A model generated the notes under the pieces. The model saw only the letters and a list, made by a program, of their open reading frames with translations, ran no database searches and was not told where the DNA came from. Shown in pieces: positions 53,186 through 64,000 of a DNA stretch of 64,000 nt (its first letter is position 1; the number at the start of each line of letters is the position of its first letter). Location of the stretch: positions 1,116,001 through 1,180,000 of the forward strand of contig CP060754.1 of assembly GCA_023205875.1 (NCBI GenBank), written 5' to 3'. Source of the stretch: Chloropicon primus. Its lineage: Eukaryota. Position numbers and translations under genes: made by a program.

Positions 53186-54556
53186 ATGAAGGGGACCACG
53201 TATCAAAAGCCCAGGTCGAGCTTCACCAACTTGTATAGTCTATCGAACCTTTCGGAGAACATGGGGCAAGGTCCTTTGAAGGCAAGTGTTGTTGAACTGG
53301 ACAGGAAACAAACACCAGTACATTGGACTGGCTGAGACTAACGCACCGAGCTCCTTTCGTCTGCCACCGTTCCGCAGGCTTCCAATGGCATGCCGAAGAA
53401 GACGGTCACGGGTCGGTACCATGTCCAATGCGTGGACTGCAAAGGGTGCATCAACGAGAGAGTGCTGGACAGGCATCACTTGCGGCAAGTTTTGAAAATA
53501 GCAGCCAGGGACTTGAGGATCTTGGAGCCAGGCCTGGCGACAACTTTTCCTGCCGCTGTCCTGGATCGAGACAAGGCCCTCTTGGTGAACCTGGAGGAGC
53601 TAAAGGTCATCGTCACGGACCAAGAGGTGTACATCTTCAATCATGAGACTTTGAGGGCGAAGACCATGATCGAGCAGCTCAGGAAGAAGCTGCAGGGCAC
53701 GGATGGGGCTGGGCAAGCCGCCAGGAGGAGGTCCAAGATCTTGGCCTCGGATCAGCACGCGGGCACGGAAAACTTGTCACACTCGGGCGGGGATTCTTTC
53801 GATGACACCCAGGACATCTTGGTGCCTTTCGAGGTGAAGGTCTTGGACGTCCTCTTTGAGAACTATTGCTCGTACTTGGAGAGCATGTGGATATCCCTCG
53901 AGAGCGCTGCCCTTCCGGCGATGGACTCGCTGACCAGGAAGGTCACAAGCTCAGGCCTGGAGAGGGTGAGGCGGGTGAAGAACCACATGACTCGCCTGAC
54001 TTCCAAGGTGGAGGACTTCAAGGACGTGCTCCAGCACTACTTGGACGACGACAAGGATATGTTCGATCTGATCATCTCGAGGAAGGGCGGGCTGCTGGGG
54101 CCGGGCACGGCGAGCAAGCTCACGCCCCACTCCGAAATCATGGTCCGAACCCCCCTGGAGAGGAAGCACAGCGAGGCTTTTGTGTACGACGACGACGAGG
54201 ACTTTCAGGAGTGCGAGATGCTTTTCGAGAGTTACTTCATTCTGGCGGACAACTTGTTCGACAAGCTGAGCGACCTCAGCGAGTACATCGACGACACGGA
54301 GGATCTCATCAACATCGAGCTGGACCACCACCGCAACCAGCTGATTCAGCTCGAGCTGGTGCTCACGACCGCGACCTTCTCCATCGCTCTGATCGGCGTC
54401 GTCAGCGGGATCTTCGGCATGAACATCAGGAACGAGTCTGAGAGCAGTCACACGACCTTCCTTATGGTCACGGTGATCTCCTGCCTTGGCAGCGTTCTCC
54501 TCTTCTTCGCCATCATGTTGTTCTGCAGGCACAAGAAGCTGCTGTTCTTCTCCTAA
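53186..54556 (+). CDS. MRS2: MRS2/CorA-family magnesium transporter
   Basis: RDLRILEP, PFEVKVLD, EYIDDTEDLINIELDHHRNQLIQ, GMN motif, 2 TMs; predicted exon 1 53186-53281 via GC-AG intron 53282-53377 (fallback ATG 53390). Confidence 0.9.
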
Positions 54557-54830
54557 AACCTGAAACACACACACACACACACACATTACTTCATGTACAA
54601 TATTATGAATAAACTACTATTTTAAAGATCCCTCTCCCTCTGCATCTCCCATCGAGCAGGGAAGGAAGGAAGGAAAGTCTTCCAGGCCTCTTGATCCGGT
54701 TCCATCACACCTCCACCCTCTCAATCACTGCCATTGATCTCATTGATCCTTCTCCCTCCCTCTCTCTTCTCTTTCCTCATCCTCTCTCTCATCTCCTTCG
54801 CTCTGAGCCACAAGCTCGGAGGAGAGGAAG

Positions 54831-55517
54831 ATGGCGTTGTTGGTCTGGCAGAGCGGAGCGAAGTGCACCATGCAGAGGGCGGCAGGAGCAGTTCAATCGA
54901 CAAGGAGTCGCGTCGGGAGGGCTTCCCCTTCGCGCGTTCGTGTCGTCATGAGGGGGACCTTCGGAAGGGCCTCGTCGCGCGTACGAGTCGTCACGAGGGC
55001 CCTCTTCGGAGGAGGGGGAGGGAGTGCTCAGACGACGATACCAGCTCTCGAGGAAATCAGGCTCAAGGATATCGACAACAAGCCCATCCGGGCGGCCACG
55101 TACGTCGGGAAGGTACTCCTCGTCACCAACGTCGCCAGCAACTGTGGGTTCACGGCATCGAACTACAAGGACCTCGTTGAGCTTTACGACAGGTTCAAGG
55201 GCAAGGACTTTGAGATTCTTGCTTTTCCCTGCAACCAGTTTGGTGGTCAGGAGCCTGGATCCAACCAGCAGATCAAGGAGTTCACCAAGAGGTATGGCGT
55301 GGAGTTTCCCGTCACGGAGAAGGTCGAAGTGAACGGCCCAAACACTCATCCTTTCTTCACGTACTTGAAGGAGAAGGGTCCGCGTAGCTTCCTTGGGAAC
55401 GACGCCAAGTGGAACTTCGAGAAGTTCCTCGTCGATAAGAAGGGGAATGTCGTGAAGCGTTACTTCAGCACCACGTCGCCCCTGGACATCGCGAAAGACA
55501 TAGAAGCCATCCTCTGA
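54831..55517 (+). CDS. GPX: Cys-type glutathione/thioredoxin peroxidase, plastid-targeted
   Basis: NVASNCGFT (TGT codon), ILAFPCNQFGGQEPG, KWNFEKFL. Confidence 0.95.
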   Translation: MALLVWQSGAKCTMQRAAGAVQSTRSRVGRASPSRVRVVMRGTFGRASSRVRVVTRALFGGGGGSAQTTIPALEEIRLKDIDNKPIRAATYVGKVLLVTNVASNCGFTASNYKDLVELYDRFKGKDFEILAFPCNQFGGQEPGSNQQIKEFTKRYGVEFPVTEKVEVNGPNTHPFFTYLKEKGPRSFLGNDAKWNFEKFLVDKKGNVVKRYFSTTSPLDIAKDIEAIL

Positions 55518-55817
55518 TGACGCTGCTACTCTTGTACAAGATCTTGTAGGCAAAGGAAGTTTTCGTTTGGCCCCTGCCTGCCCCCATGTAATCAAGTTTT
55601 ACCAAGCCTTTTCACAAGAAGCAGCAAGGCGTCCAATAGCGCGTGATGGAGCCTGCCCCACTCGCAACGACCACAAGGGGATGAGAGGGAAGCCTGACAG
55701 AGAGCGCGCGACCGGACGCCAGCGGTGACAGAAGGCAACAAGCCGCTGTAGGCCGTTAGGATTACAAAGTACAATGAACTGCGGCCACAGTTCTCCGTGC
55801 GGCTCGCTTAAACGAAT

Positions 55818-56259
55818 TCACTTCATGAGGACGGAGGGGTGCTTTGGCGCGTAGATGCCATACACCAGAGAGGTCCGCTCGATCATGGCAATGCTCTTCT
55901 CCCCCTCGGTGATGATCTTCTTCAGCTTTGTCCCGTCCGTCTCGTTGGCGTGCTTGCGGAACTCCTCCCTCCCGCGACGCTTGAGGAACCTGCGCGACGA
56001 CCACACGCGGAAGCAACAAAGGCGCGCGATCCCCTTCGTCAGTCGCTGCTGGAGATGAAGCCAGACAGTCGTCGTCGTCGTCGAGCCAAGGGAAGGAACG
56101 ACGTCGGCGACGCAACGAGGCGAGGCGCAAGGGAGGAAGGGAGGAAGGAAGGGACGGATGTTCGTTCTGGACTTACTCTCTGACATTGACGTCTGGGAAC
56201 TTCTGCGCCGCGCGCATGTACTGCCGGAACAAGTGACCCACCTGCGTCGACGACGCCAT
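55818..56259 (-). CDS. LYRM4: LYR-motif protein ISD11/LYRM4, 2 exons
   Basis: LFRQYMRAAQKFPDVNVRE|FLKRRGREEFR...IERTSLVYGIY; intron 55990-56176. Confidence 0.82.
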
Positions 56260-56400
56260 GGCTTTGCTTTTTGGGGGCCAGATGGCCAGAGAGAGCCAAG
56301 AGCAAGATCAGGGATGTGGAAGGAGAGAGAGAGATCAGGGGATGGAGGAGTTCAATGGCGTCTCAGTGCATTGCATTGCAATACAATTGACATGACAAAT

Positions 56401-57816
56401 TTAGGATGTGGTTGCGATGACCCTGACGTTGGAGCCCTTGTCATCCGAGTTGCGGCTCTCGCTGACCACGGGCTTTCCGTCCACGAGGAGGCTGGAGACC
56501 TTGTTGACGCGAATGGAAGGGAAGGCGTAAGTCTTGTTCTGCCAGGTGACGTTGACGTTGTTCAGCGAGGGGCCGCAGATCTGCAGGGTCTTTGACTTGG
56601 AGTGCCTCAGGGGCATCTCGCTCTCCTCCAAGCCGTAGATTGTGAGGGCGAAGAAGCTGCCTTGGGAGTCCATGCAGATGTACATGAGGGGAACCTGGCT
56701 CTTGACCGGGACCGTGCAGATCAGGCTGCAGGTCAGTGCAACGCCGCTGGGGTTCTCCCCAAAGCTCAGGGAGCGCAGGGGGAGGGTCCTCAGCAGGTTC
56801 TTCCCCGGATCGCGATTCCGCCTCTTTTCCAGGGCCCCGATGTCCTCCTGGATCTTGGCTATCCTCTTTGCCTTCACCCCGCACTTTGTGTTGACAAGAA
56901 TGGTGAGCTGCGAGAGCTTGTGAACGATCTCGTTAATCTCTTCGCCGGCGTTCAGCTCGGGCTCGACCCTGTCGCAGTAATCAAAGGCATCCAGGGCGTC
57001 CGTGTGCCTCTCAAGGTACTTGGACACGACACCGTAATTGAACTTCAAGTCCGCGTTGAAGTTCTCGCTCTCGTGGACCTTCATCGCGTGCTTGTAGGTC
57101 TTCAGGGACTTGTTGATCAGCTCGTCCCTCTCTCCCGTGGCCGTGGAGAAAGCCAAGACGAGGTAAGCGTTCCCGAGGATGAACCAGCTGTGGCTGTCCT
57201 GCACGTCCAGGGACACCGCAGCCTTGGCGTTCGATAGACTCTCCTCGATCATCTTCTTGCTCTCCTCGTGCTTTTCCCCCTTGGCCAGCTGCCTCTGGAG
57301 CATGGAAAGGTCCTGGTACGCCTTCTTGTCCCTGCTGTTCTCGAGGCTCTTCTGGTAGCACAGCTGGGCGCTCTGAAGGTCTCCCTTCTTCCACAGAGCC
57401 TTGGCCACCCCGTTCCAGCACTGGCGGTTGTCCGGGTCAAGCTTCACCGCTTCCACAAAAGCGTCTTCCAACACGTCGTTGTTTCCCTCGTTCAGGTACT
57501 CTATCAGAAGCGCCTTCGCGGCCGCTTTCCTCGCCCTGATCTGTATGGGGAGCTCCATCCGCGTGATCGTTTCGACCTTCGAGAGCAAAGTCCTCGCTTC
57601 CCTCATCTTCGACTCGTCCCTGTTCTCCTTCTCGTTCTCCCAAGAGCTTGCGGACTCGTTGCTTGTCATGCTCTCGAGAAACCGCTCCACATCCCTCAGG
57701 CTCTCCGTCTCCGGGTAAAGCTTCTCGTTCAGCTCCTGCATGGCCTCACTCGTCCACCCCTCGTCATCCTCCGACTCGTCCGCCCACCTCCGCTCCAGGC
57801 AAATGTTCACCACCAT
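56401..57816 (-). CDS. TTC5: Tetratricopeptide repeat protein 5 (TPR + OB fold)
   Basis: AVKLDP..WN..A..LWKKGD, LSMLQRQL, DSHSWFILGNAYL, NADLKFN, C-terminal IRV...LLVDGK. Confidence 0.85.
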   Translation of the reverse strand: MVVNICLERRWADESEDDEGWTSEAMQELNEKLYPETESLRDVERFLESMTSNESASSWENEKENRDESKMREARTLLSKVETITRMELPIQIRARKAAAKALLIEYLNEGNNDVLEDAFVEAVKLDPDNRQCWNGVAKALWKKGDLQSAQLCYQKSLENSRDKKAYQDLSMLQRQLAKGEKHEESKKMIEESLSNAKAAVSLDVQDSHSWFILGNAYLVLAFSTATGERDELINKSLKTYKHAMKVHESENFNADLKFNYGVVSKYLERHTDALDAFDYCDRVEPELNAGEEINEIVHKLSQLTILVNTKCGVKAKRIAKIQEDIGALEKRRNRDPGKNLLRTLPLRSLSFGENPSGVALTCSLICTVPVKSQVPLMYICMDSQGSFFALTIYGLEESEMPLRHSKSKTLQICGPSLNNVNVTWQNKTYAFPSIRVNKVSSLLVDGKPVVSESRNSDDKGSNVRVIATTS

Positions 57817-58380
57817 GCTGCTGTCCTTTCCTCTCCCTCCTTCCAGTAGCCACAGCAGCAGCTCTCCCTCCTCCTCTTCCGTCTGGTCCCTTCACAGAAC
57901 TGTCCAAGGCCCAGCCTTTGTCCCTCTCCCCTCCTCTCCCCTCCTCTCGCTGGCCAAGGCAAAGATGAGATGACTCGAAAGCGTCAGGCCACTGCAACTG
58001 CATCACCTCTACGCCAGGTCTCGCGGCATGAGAGGTGTCGAACGAAAGATAAAAGCACAACGATTCGAGTTGCGCTCTCCTCGTTCTCGCCCCCTCCCCT
58101 CACGCGTCGTCCTCCTCGATCGAAACTCACCTTCTCTTCCGCTCGCTCCTCTTCCTCCGGCCTGTCTCTTGAGAGTTTTGAAAAAGCCAAAGAGGAGGAG
58201 AGGGAGCGAGAGAGATCGGGAGTCGACCTCGTTCGTGGCCAAGTGGACGGCGGAGAGGGGAGAGGGTGGGAGGGAGGAGTCAATTAACGAAACTTCAACT
58301 CCATCACTTTCGAAAGAAACCTTTTTCGTCCAAAACGGGCGTCATTCAACCAGGGAGACAGACGGAGCAAGGAATGGGAG

Positions 58381-59312
58381 ATGAGAGGGACCAAGCTTTA
58401 CTCGGGCCATGTCCCTCTCAATGGGGTGCAGAAGGCGGCCCTGGCGATGGGTTCGGCCTTGTTCGGCGTGATGAGGTGAGTGAGTGAGTGAGGTACCTCA
58501 CAGGAAAGAGTGAGGCGTCTTCAACCCTCCACCTTTCGCTTTTGGAATCCAAAATCAAACCCAAACCTCTTGGCTGATGATGAATGAGAGACCACGCCAC
58601 GCCATGCCATGCCATGCCATGCCAAGCTGTACTGACAAAGTTTTTTGTTCCCTTGTCGGATGATTGCTGACTCCATTGGCCGTGTTCGTGATGCAGTCCC
58701 CAGCGGGCTGATTTGGTTGCAGCGCTTGGGGAAACGACCGGGGAGTCTGCACTTGAAAGGAACAGGGAAAAGATGCTGGTGACAAAGGAGGGAAGGTCGA
58801 TCATGAACCACAGGCCGAGGATAAGGGAGGAGACCCTGATGGAGCTGAAGGTTCTGCCAGAGACCACGTTTGGTGGCTCGTATTGGAAATTCATGAGCAA
58901 GAGGGGCTTCTCTCCCGATGAGCGACCGCCCGTTCGCTTCGTGGACGACGAGGAGCTCGCGTACGTGGCGACTCGATACAGGGAAGTCCACGACTTCTGG
59001 CACGTTATTTTTGACTGCCCGACCACGATACTGGGGGAGCTGGCTCTGAAGACCTTGGAGTATCAGCAGACGGGGCTGCCCATGTGCGCCCTGTCCGTCG
59101 CCGGGGGCCAGTTCAGGCTCAACCACGCGGACCGGCGGATACTTTTCGCGCACTACCTGCCTTGGGCCCTGAGAACGGGAAGCCGGTGCAAGCACCTGCT
59201 TTCGATCGAGTACGAAAAGTATTTCGACAAGGATTTGGAGGAGTGCAGAAAGGAGTGGAGCGTGGAGACTTGCCCGAAGAAGAGAGACTTGTTGGCCCCG
59301 GCGCTCCCTTGA
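58381..59312 (+). CDS. COQ4: Ubiquinone biosynthesis protein COQ4, 2 exons
   Basis: LYSGHVPL...S|PQRADLVAALGETTG, RYREVHDFWH, GELALK; intron 58476-58696. Confidence 0.95.
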
Positions 59313-59432
59313 CGACGACCGAAAGTGAAGTAAACCTTGTATACTTGAGAGAGATTGTAGCTTTTACGTTGCTGTGTTCGGCAAAGCTCGCGCAGGACCG
59401 CGACTGGCCTCGCATGCGCCACGTCCTTTGCC

Positions 59433-60016
59433 TCAGAACTGGGTCTCCTCCCCGTCCCTTCCGAACATAATCTTATCCAGAATCTGGCCCTTCCTGTCAA
59501 GAGGCGTCAGCCGAGCCGGAGAGCAGAAGAAGCACGTCAGGGTCCGCCTCGCCCTCGGAACAAGACAAGCGAAGAACAAGTCAAGGGGCTCTCCCTTGAC
59601 ACGACGACGACGACTCACCTTTGGTACGTCTTTCCAGACGCCGTGAAGTTGGGACAGGGGCGGTATGCCTTGATGGGCCACCAACCAAACCCAGGCACCG
59701 ACCCGATACCTCCGATGATTCGTCCCTCTCCATCGCACAATCCGCAGTCGCACCTCACCGCGCTCCTCGTCGACGTCCCTTCCGTAACCTCCGTCACGGA
59801 CGCCTCCCTTCCTTCATCCCCCACACCACGTGCCACAACCATCCTCACGCTTGACCACCTCCTCGCCGAGCAAGAGCAAGAGCAAGAGCAAGAGGAGGAA
59901 GAGGAGGAGGACGCCCTCCTCTCGAAGGCGGATGCCTTGGCCCTCGCGAATCCACACCTCGCCGTCGTCCTCACCCTCACCCTCGCCGTCGTCGTCGTCG
60001 TCGTCATCATCTTCAT
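59433..60016 (-). CDS. Small plastid-targeted protein with a DnaJ-like half zinc finger, 2 exons
   Basis: Transit peptide; CGLCDGEGRIIGGIG...WWPIKAYRPCP...YQR|KGQ; intron 59494-59618. Confidence 0.8.
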
Positions 60017-60174
60017 CTCAAGATCTCTCTCTCTCTCTCTCTCTCTCCCGCCAGAAGGCGAGGGAAGGCGTGGCGGAGGAGGGCTGGGAGGAGGCGCGTT
60101 CGAGAGGGCAGGGAGGACGAGGGGCGTCCGTGAAGCGGAGGACAAGGACACAGGACGAAGGTACGTCTCGAGAT

Positions 60175-60194
60175 CTTTCGAAAGAGCGGTCGCT
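60175..60194. promoter_or_regulatory. Recurrent promoter motif CTTTCGAAAGAGCGGTCGCT (copy 3)
   Basis: 19/20 identical to the other two copies; lies between the divergent Zn-finger gene and the HPS5-like gene. Confidence 0.6.
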
Positions 60195-60488
60195 GGAAAG
60201 AGTTGGTGTTCGGACGAGGGAGGGAGGAGGCTGGAAAGAGGGGAGGCGGGTTGGAGAGGGAAAGGGTGAGTGAGGACGGGTGCGAGGGGCGAGGGCGGAG
60301 GGCGAGGGGAAAGGAAGGGCCAGGGGCGGAACCTGATTGACCTCTCGTGTGAACCCCTCCCCTCCGACAAAAGGGGTGACGCGCGGAGGAGGACTTGAGG
60401 ACTGAAACTTTGTCTGTTTTGCGCATTCTGTTGTGTGCAGTGGAGGGGCGAGGGGCAGGAAGGGAGACCGAGGCGTCGTGCGTGGTCG

Positions 60489-63400
60489 ATGGCGCTTGGT
60501 GAGGACGTTGCGGAGGCTTCGACCTCAGCATTGTCGGGAGAGGCTTTGGTGGAGTGGGAGGGGGTCGTGCAAGGCACTGGGAGCGAGAGCACTCGCCTCA
60601 GGTTCACTTGCTTGTGCGCAGACAGGGAAGCCAGGTTTCTGTTGCTGGGAACGACCACCGGGAAGCTTCACGTGTACTCGGACACCCTCAAAGGTCGGAC
60701 ACGGTCGTACAAGTTCAACAGGATTGTCTCCGTGACGGAAGACGAGGAGAAGGACAAGGAGGGATCGGCGTTGGTGGACATAAGCTACGAGGAAGAGGCG
60801 GATGCTTGCGCGGTGGCTTCCTCGAGCGGCCGGGTGCACGTGGTTCACTTGGGCTTGCTCGAGGCCCAGAAGGCGCAGAAAAAGCCGTCGTTAAAGGGCT
60901 GGAACCTGAAGCACGAGAGGCACAAGGGCAGGAAGTTGACTCAGCTGGCGTGGGTCCGAGCGCGCGACGGCTCGCTGCATCTGGGCACCGGGGACAACGA
61001 GGGGCGGGTCTTCCTGCTGAACGTGACGGCTGAGGTTGCGAGGGTGGCGAAGAACCAGCACACGCTGTTCTCGTCGAAGATAGAGACCGGCCTCCAGCAG
61101 ATGCTCAAACGGGGAGACAAGGACAAGGCGCTTTCTGGAGAGGGGAGAGAGTTGCACTTTGACTCGCCCGTCGTGCAGCTGCACAGCACCTCACAAGGGG
61201 CTCTGGTCGTGTCCACGAAGCAAGCGAGCTTTTTGGTTGACGTGGGCGAAGGGTCAAGCCTGCAGGTTGGGAAGAAGCCCAGGAATGGCTTCTATGGCTG
61301 CTGCCTCCCGCCAGATCTGCCGGATTCAGACATCTTCAAAGCCCTGAAGGAAGCTGCGAGGTGCTCCGAGGAGAGCGAGAAAGACTCGTACCTTGAAGCG
61401 ATCTACGTGGCGGCGAGGCCAGGGAGGAGGCTCTGGGTAGCGGTCGGGAGTGGTGTCAAAGGCACGATGAAGTTGAGAATGACCCCTGCAGATGTCGGCG
61501 GGTCAACTCGTGAGGGCGGACCACACGGGCTCCGTGCAATCCAAAGCTCGGAGGAGGGCAGCCTGCAGTTGGGGCAGCTGTTTCCCTACGGGAAGGACCT
61601 GGTGTCAGTGAGCGCGTCTGCCATCAGCATAGTCAATCTGGGGGACTGCTCTTTGAGAAATGCCTTGGGTGTCCCAAAAGAGAGCAAAGGCTCGATGCCG
61701 AGGGTGTGCGTCCTTGGCAAAGCGGGTGTCATCTTTTTGCTCGATGAAAAATCATCCCAAGTCGCGATGCACGATAAGTTTGGGCTGAGGGGCAACCTGG
61801 TCCAGCAGGCAGAACCTGAAAATTCTTCTAGTTTTGAAGGGGTGACGAGCCCAAGCCAAAGCAAAGAGCTTGATGTCGCCGGTTTGCGCCCCCCCGAGGA
61901 AGTTCCTCCTCGGACAACCTCGGTCCCTGAGCTGACTGAGCCCATCGAGAACAAGGTCGAGAACGGGGAGATCGCCGAGGGCGCAAATGGGGCTCGAGAG
62001 GGGGCCGGGAAGCCAGCAAGCGACCCAAGTCCCAAAGAAAATGGTGGTAGTTTGAAGGACAAGGAGTCGAGCGTGGCGGAGATTCCGCTTTTCGGGGAAA
62101 GCAGCACAAAGCCGGTCGTGGGTGGGTCACTCCAGAAAGAGGACCCGTCCACAAAGGTTCCGAGGCCACAGCTGGAGATCCAGACAAGGCCGGCAGCCAA
62201 GCACAGGAGGGCAAAGTCTGCAGGCTTGTCCAGGCGGAAGAAGAGTCAGGTGGTGGAGATATCCGTATCAAAACGGGAGGAGATCCTTGGTACTTCTGGT
62301 TCCGGGAGCCTGGGGAGCGACTTTTCTTTCTCCGCGGTTTCATCAGAGCAGGAGCTCAATCAGCTCATCTCAAACACGATCAGCATGACCCTTGAATCTC
62401 AAAAGTCTGGGGTCAAGGCATCTCAGGACAAGGCGGACGCTTCTGCACCGCCGGCCGAGGAGGGCGCCGGCAAAGCAGAAGCCTCAAAAGAAGACCCGGA
62501 GGAGAGCCTCGGCGATGATTACGGTCCAGTCTCTGTGGCACCCGAAGAAGCTTTTCAAGCCTCAGATTTCCTCCGCGAGCATTGTCGGGGGATCAGCTTC
62601 GAGCCGTGGAACTCGTACTTCCAGGAGATCTCCGTCGACGAGATTAGGCAAGCCCTGGATTCCTCAAGCGCATCGAAGTTGTCCAAACAGGAGAAGAAGC
62701 AGATCGAAGTCCAGTACAGGAACGTCGCCTTGAAGGAGCTCGAGGGGGCTTATAGAACCCTGGACGCTTCGCTCGTGGTTTTCCCGCTTTTGCAGTGGCT
62801 CCATCTCTGGAGCGGCATGAAGGAGGGGGGAGCTCCTCATTCGGAGGAAGAAGGCATTTTGCTTAACGCCTGCAGTGAATTGGGGCTTGCCAAGGAGGGG
62901 GAGGTGGCCATAAGCGAAAGGGTCGAGAGGGCCGGCGAGGGCGACGGGAGCACAAAGACGGGAAAGGGTTGCGCGGGTTCTGACGCCGTAGAGGAATTCA
63001 CCGCCATAGTTTCAGGGAGTTTCGACGAGTCCGAAGGTTCCATGGAAGCCAAGCTGAGGAGGGTCTTGCTATCCCAGCCTTCCGACTTGTGGTGCTCCGT
63101 CTTTTCGGGATCCTTGGAGAGGATTCTGACCTTGGAGCTCCCTTCTTTGTGCGAGGAAAGCTCGGCGGCCGAGAGGTTGGAGAAAAAGTTGGAGGTGATC
63201 TTTGACATGGGGTGGGGTTTGATCGGCCGGGAGTTTGCTTTTGAGCTCATGAATCAGGTCGTGGCCCACGACGATGGCAGCAGCTTGGGGCTGAGGGCGG
63301 TCGTCAGGGCCCTGTCCCACGGGATGGTGAGGAGGCAGGAGAAGGAGAACGCTCACGAGAGGGTCGCCGCGGAGATTTTTGAGATGGGAAGCAGAGCCAG

Positions 63401-63692
63401 CTCTGGTTTGGGAACCACGGCGCTCGAGATGTCTCTCAAGTACGACTTGAGCGGGAGCTTGGACGAGTCCAGCCTCAGGGAGGCTGAGGATGCGCTCCAG
63501 GAGACCCTCCGTCACCACCAGGGCGGGGGCTGGGGACGGGTCGCGAACTCCTCCGAGTGCAGCACGTGCGGAAACTTCGTCCAGCAGACGGACAACATCG
63601 TTGTCTTCAACGGTGGGGAGGTCTACCACGAGAGGTGCTGTTGCGAGGACGCCCCCGTGTCCAAGATGCCCCAAATCATGCCAACCCTTTAA
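60489..63692 (+). CDS. HPS5/TECPR2-like beta-propeller protein with C-terminal RING-H2-like finger
   Basis: LLLGTTTGKLHVY, GDNEGRV, DSPVVQL, VGKKPRNGFYGCC, AARPGRRLW; CSTC...YHERC. Confidence 0.75.
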   Translation: MALGEDVAEASTSALSGEALVEWEGVVQGTGSESTRLRFTCLCADREARFLLLGTTTGKLHVYSDTLKGRTRSYKFNRIVSVTEDEEKDKEGSALVDISYEEEADACAVASSSGRVHVVHLGLLEAQKAQKKPSLKGWNLKHERHKGRKLTQLAWVRARDGSLHLGTGDNEGRVFLLNVTAEVARVAKNQHTLFSSKIETGLQQMLKRGDKDKALSGEGRELHFDSPVVQLHSTSQGALVVSTKQASFLVDVGEGSSLQVGKKPRNGFYGCCLPPDLPDSDIFKALKEAARCSEESEKDSYLEAIYVAARPGRRLWVAVGSGVKGTMKLRMTPADVGGSTREGGPHGLRAIQSSEEGSLQLGQLFPYGKDLVSVSASAISIVNLGDCSLRNALGVPKESKGSMPRVCVLGKAGVIFLLDEKSSQVAMHDKFGLRGNLVQQAEPENSSSFEGVTSPSQSKELDVAGLRPPEEVPPRTTSVPELTEPIENKVENGEIAEGANGAREGAGKPASDPSPKENGGSLKDKESSVAEIPLFGESSTKPVVGGSLQKEDPSTKVPRPQLEIQTRPAAKHRRAKSAGLSRRKKSQVVEISVSKREEILGTSGSGSLGSDFSFSAVSSEQELNQLISNTISMTLESQKSGVKASQDKADASAPPAEEGAGKAEASKEDPEESLGDDYGPVSVAPEEAFQASDFLREHCRGISFEPWNSYFQEISVDEIRQALDSSSASKLSKQEKKQIEVQYRNVALKELEGAYRTLDASLVVFPLLQWLHLWSGMKEGGAPHSEEEGILLNACSELGLAKEGEVAISERVERAGEGDGSTKTGKGCAGSDAVEEFTAIVSGSFDESEGSMEAKLRRVLLSQPSDLWCSVFSGSLERILTLELPSLCEESSAAERLEKKLEVIFDMGWGLIGREFAFELMNQVVAHDDGSSLGLRAVVRALSHGMVRRQEKENAHERVAAEIFEMGSRASSGLGTTALEMSLKYDLSGSLDESSLREAEDALQETLRHHQGGGWGRVANSSECSTCGNFVQQTDNIVVFNGGEVYHERCCCEDAPVSKMPQIMPTL

Positions 63693-63891
63693 ACTAAACA
63701 AAGTACACGATCTATCATTCATCATCCTTCACCACCTCCCACCATCCATATCCATTCTGCAGAAGAGAAGGAAAATTTTCCTGCAGCCGCCTTGGCGTTG
63801 TTCGTGGAGGGAAAGGTGAAAGGTGGTGGTGGGTCGGTTGTCGTTCCCAGTCCCAGGCCGAGGGGGAAAGGAAAGCGAAGGGGGAGGGAGC

Positions 63892-64000
63892 ATGGTGATG
63901 GAGGTGGATTCACACCGGTGCTTGCGGATGGCCCTGGTGCTCAGCACCTTGGCCGGGACGCCGCTGCGTATAAAGAAGATCAGGGAGCGTGACGAGCGGC
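63892..64000 (+). CDS. RCL1: RNA 3'-terminal phosphate cyclase-like protein (5' fragment)
   Basis: MVMEVDSHRCLRMALVLSTLAGTPLRIKKIRERDER resembles the Rcl1/RTC N-terminus; runs off the window. Confidence 0.75.
   Translation, partial: MVMEVDSHRCLRMALVLSTLAGTPLRIKKIRERDER

Noticed and set aside
54831..55720. GPX as a selenoprotein; SECIS or C/D snoRNA in its 3' region
   Set aside because: The active-site codon is TGT. The C-box-like GTGATGG is imperfect and no guide complementarity was recognised.

Overview
Eukaryotic nuclear DNA from a compact, GC-rich green alga. Evidence: about 37 tightly packed genes in 64 kb, few short GT-AG introns, TGTAA-type polyadenylation signals, plastid- and mitochondrion-targeted proteins and (GA)n-rich promoters. 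A picoplanktonic chlorophyte such as Chloropicon is a plausible source, but this is inference only. Recognisable genes: TRAPPC8, RPL14, PES1, cyanobacterial-type MPBQ/MSBQ methyltransferase, plastid RF1, TMEM107, DeSI, importin-11, RPS11, UDP-galactopyranose mutase, KRR1, ZNHIT3, organellar RRF, DNA2, M17 aminopeptidase, dynein roadblock light chain, MRS2, GPX, ISD11/LYRM4, TTC5, COQ4, an HPS5-like gene and a partial RCL1. No tRNA, rRNA, transposon or CRISPR array was found by eye. The most interesting signals are: (1) a 20-bp palindrome-containing motif, CTTTCGAAAGAGCNGTCGCT, in three separate bidirectional promoters, with partial copies in others; (2) an ~1100-aa signal-peptide-bearing SET-fold protein with degenerate catalytic motifs, nine N-glycosylation sequons and four C-terminal repeats; (3) promoter duplications with 168-179 bp periods; (4) a structured element in the RPL14 intron; (5) a GC-AG intron in MRS2; (6) cilium/basal-body candidate genes, two with E2F sites. 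All family assignments come from motif recognition; no searches were run.
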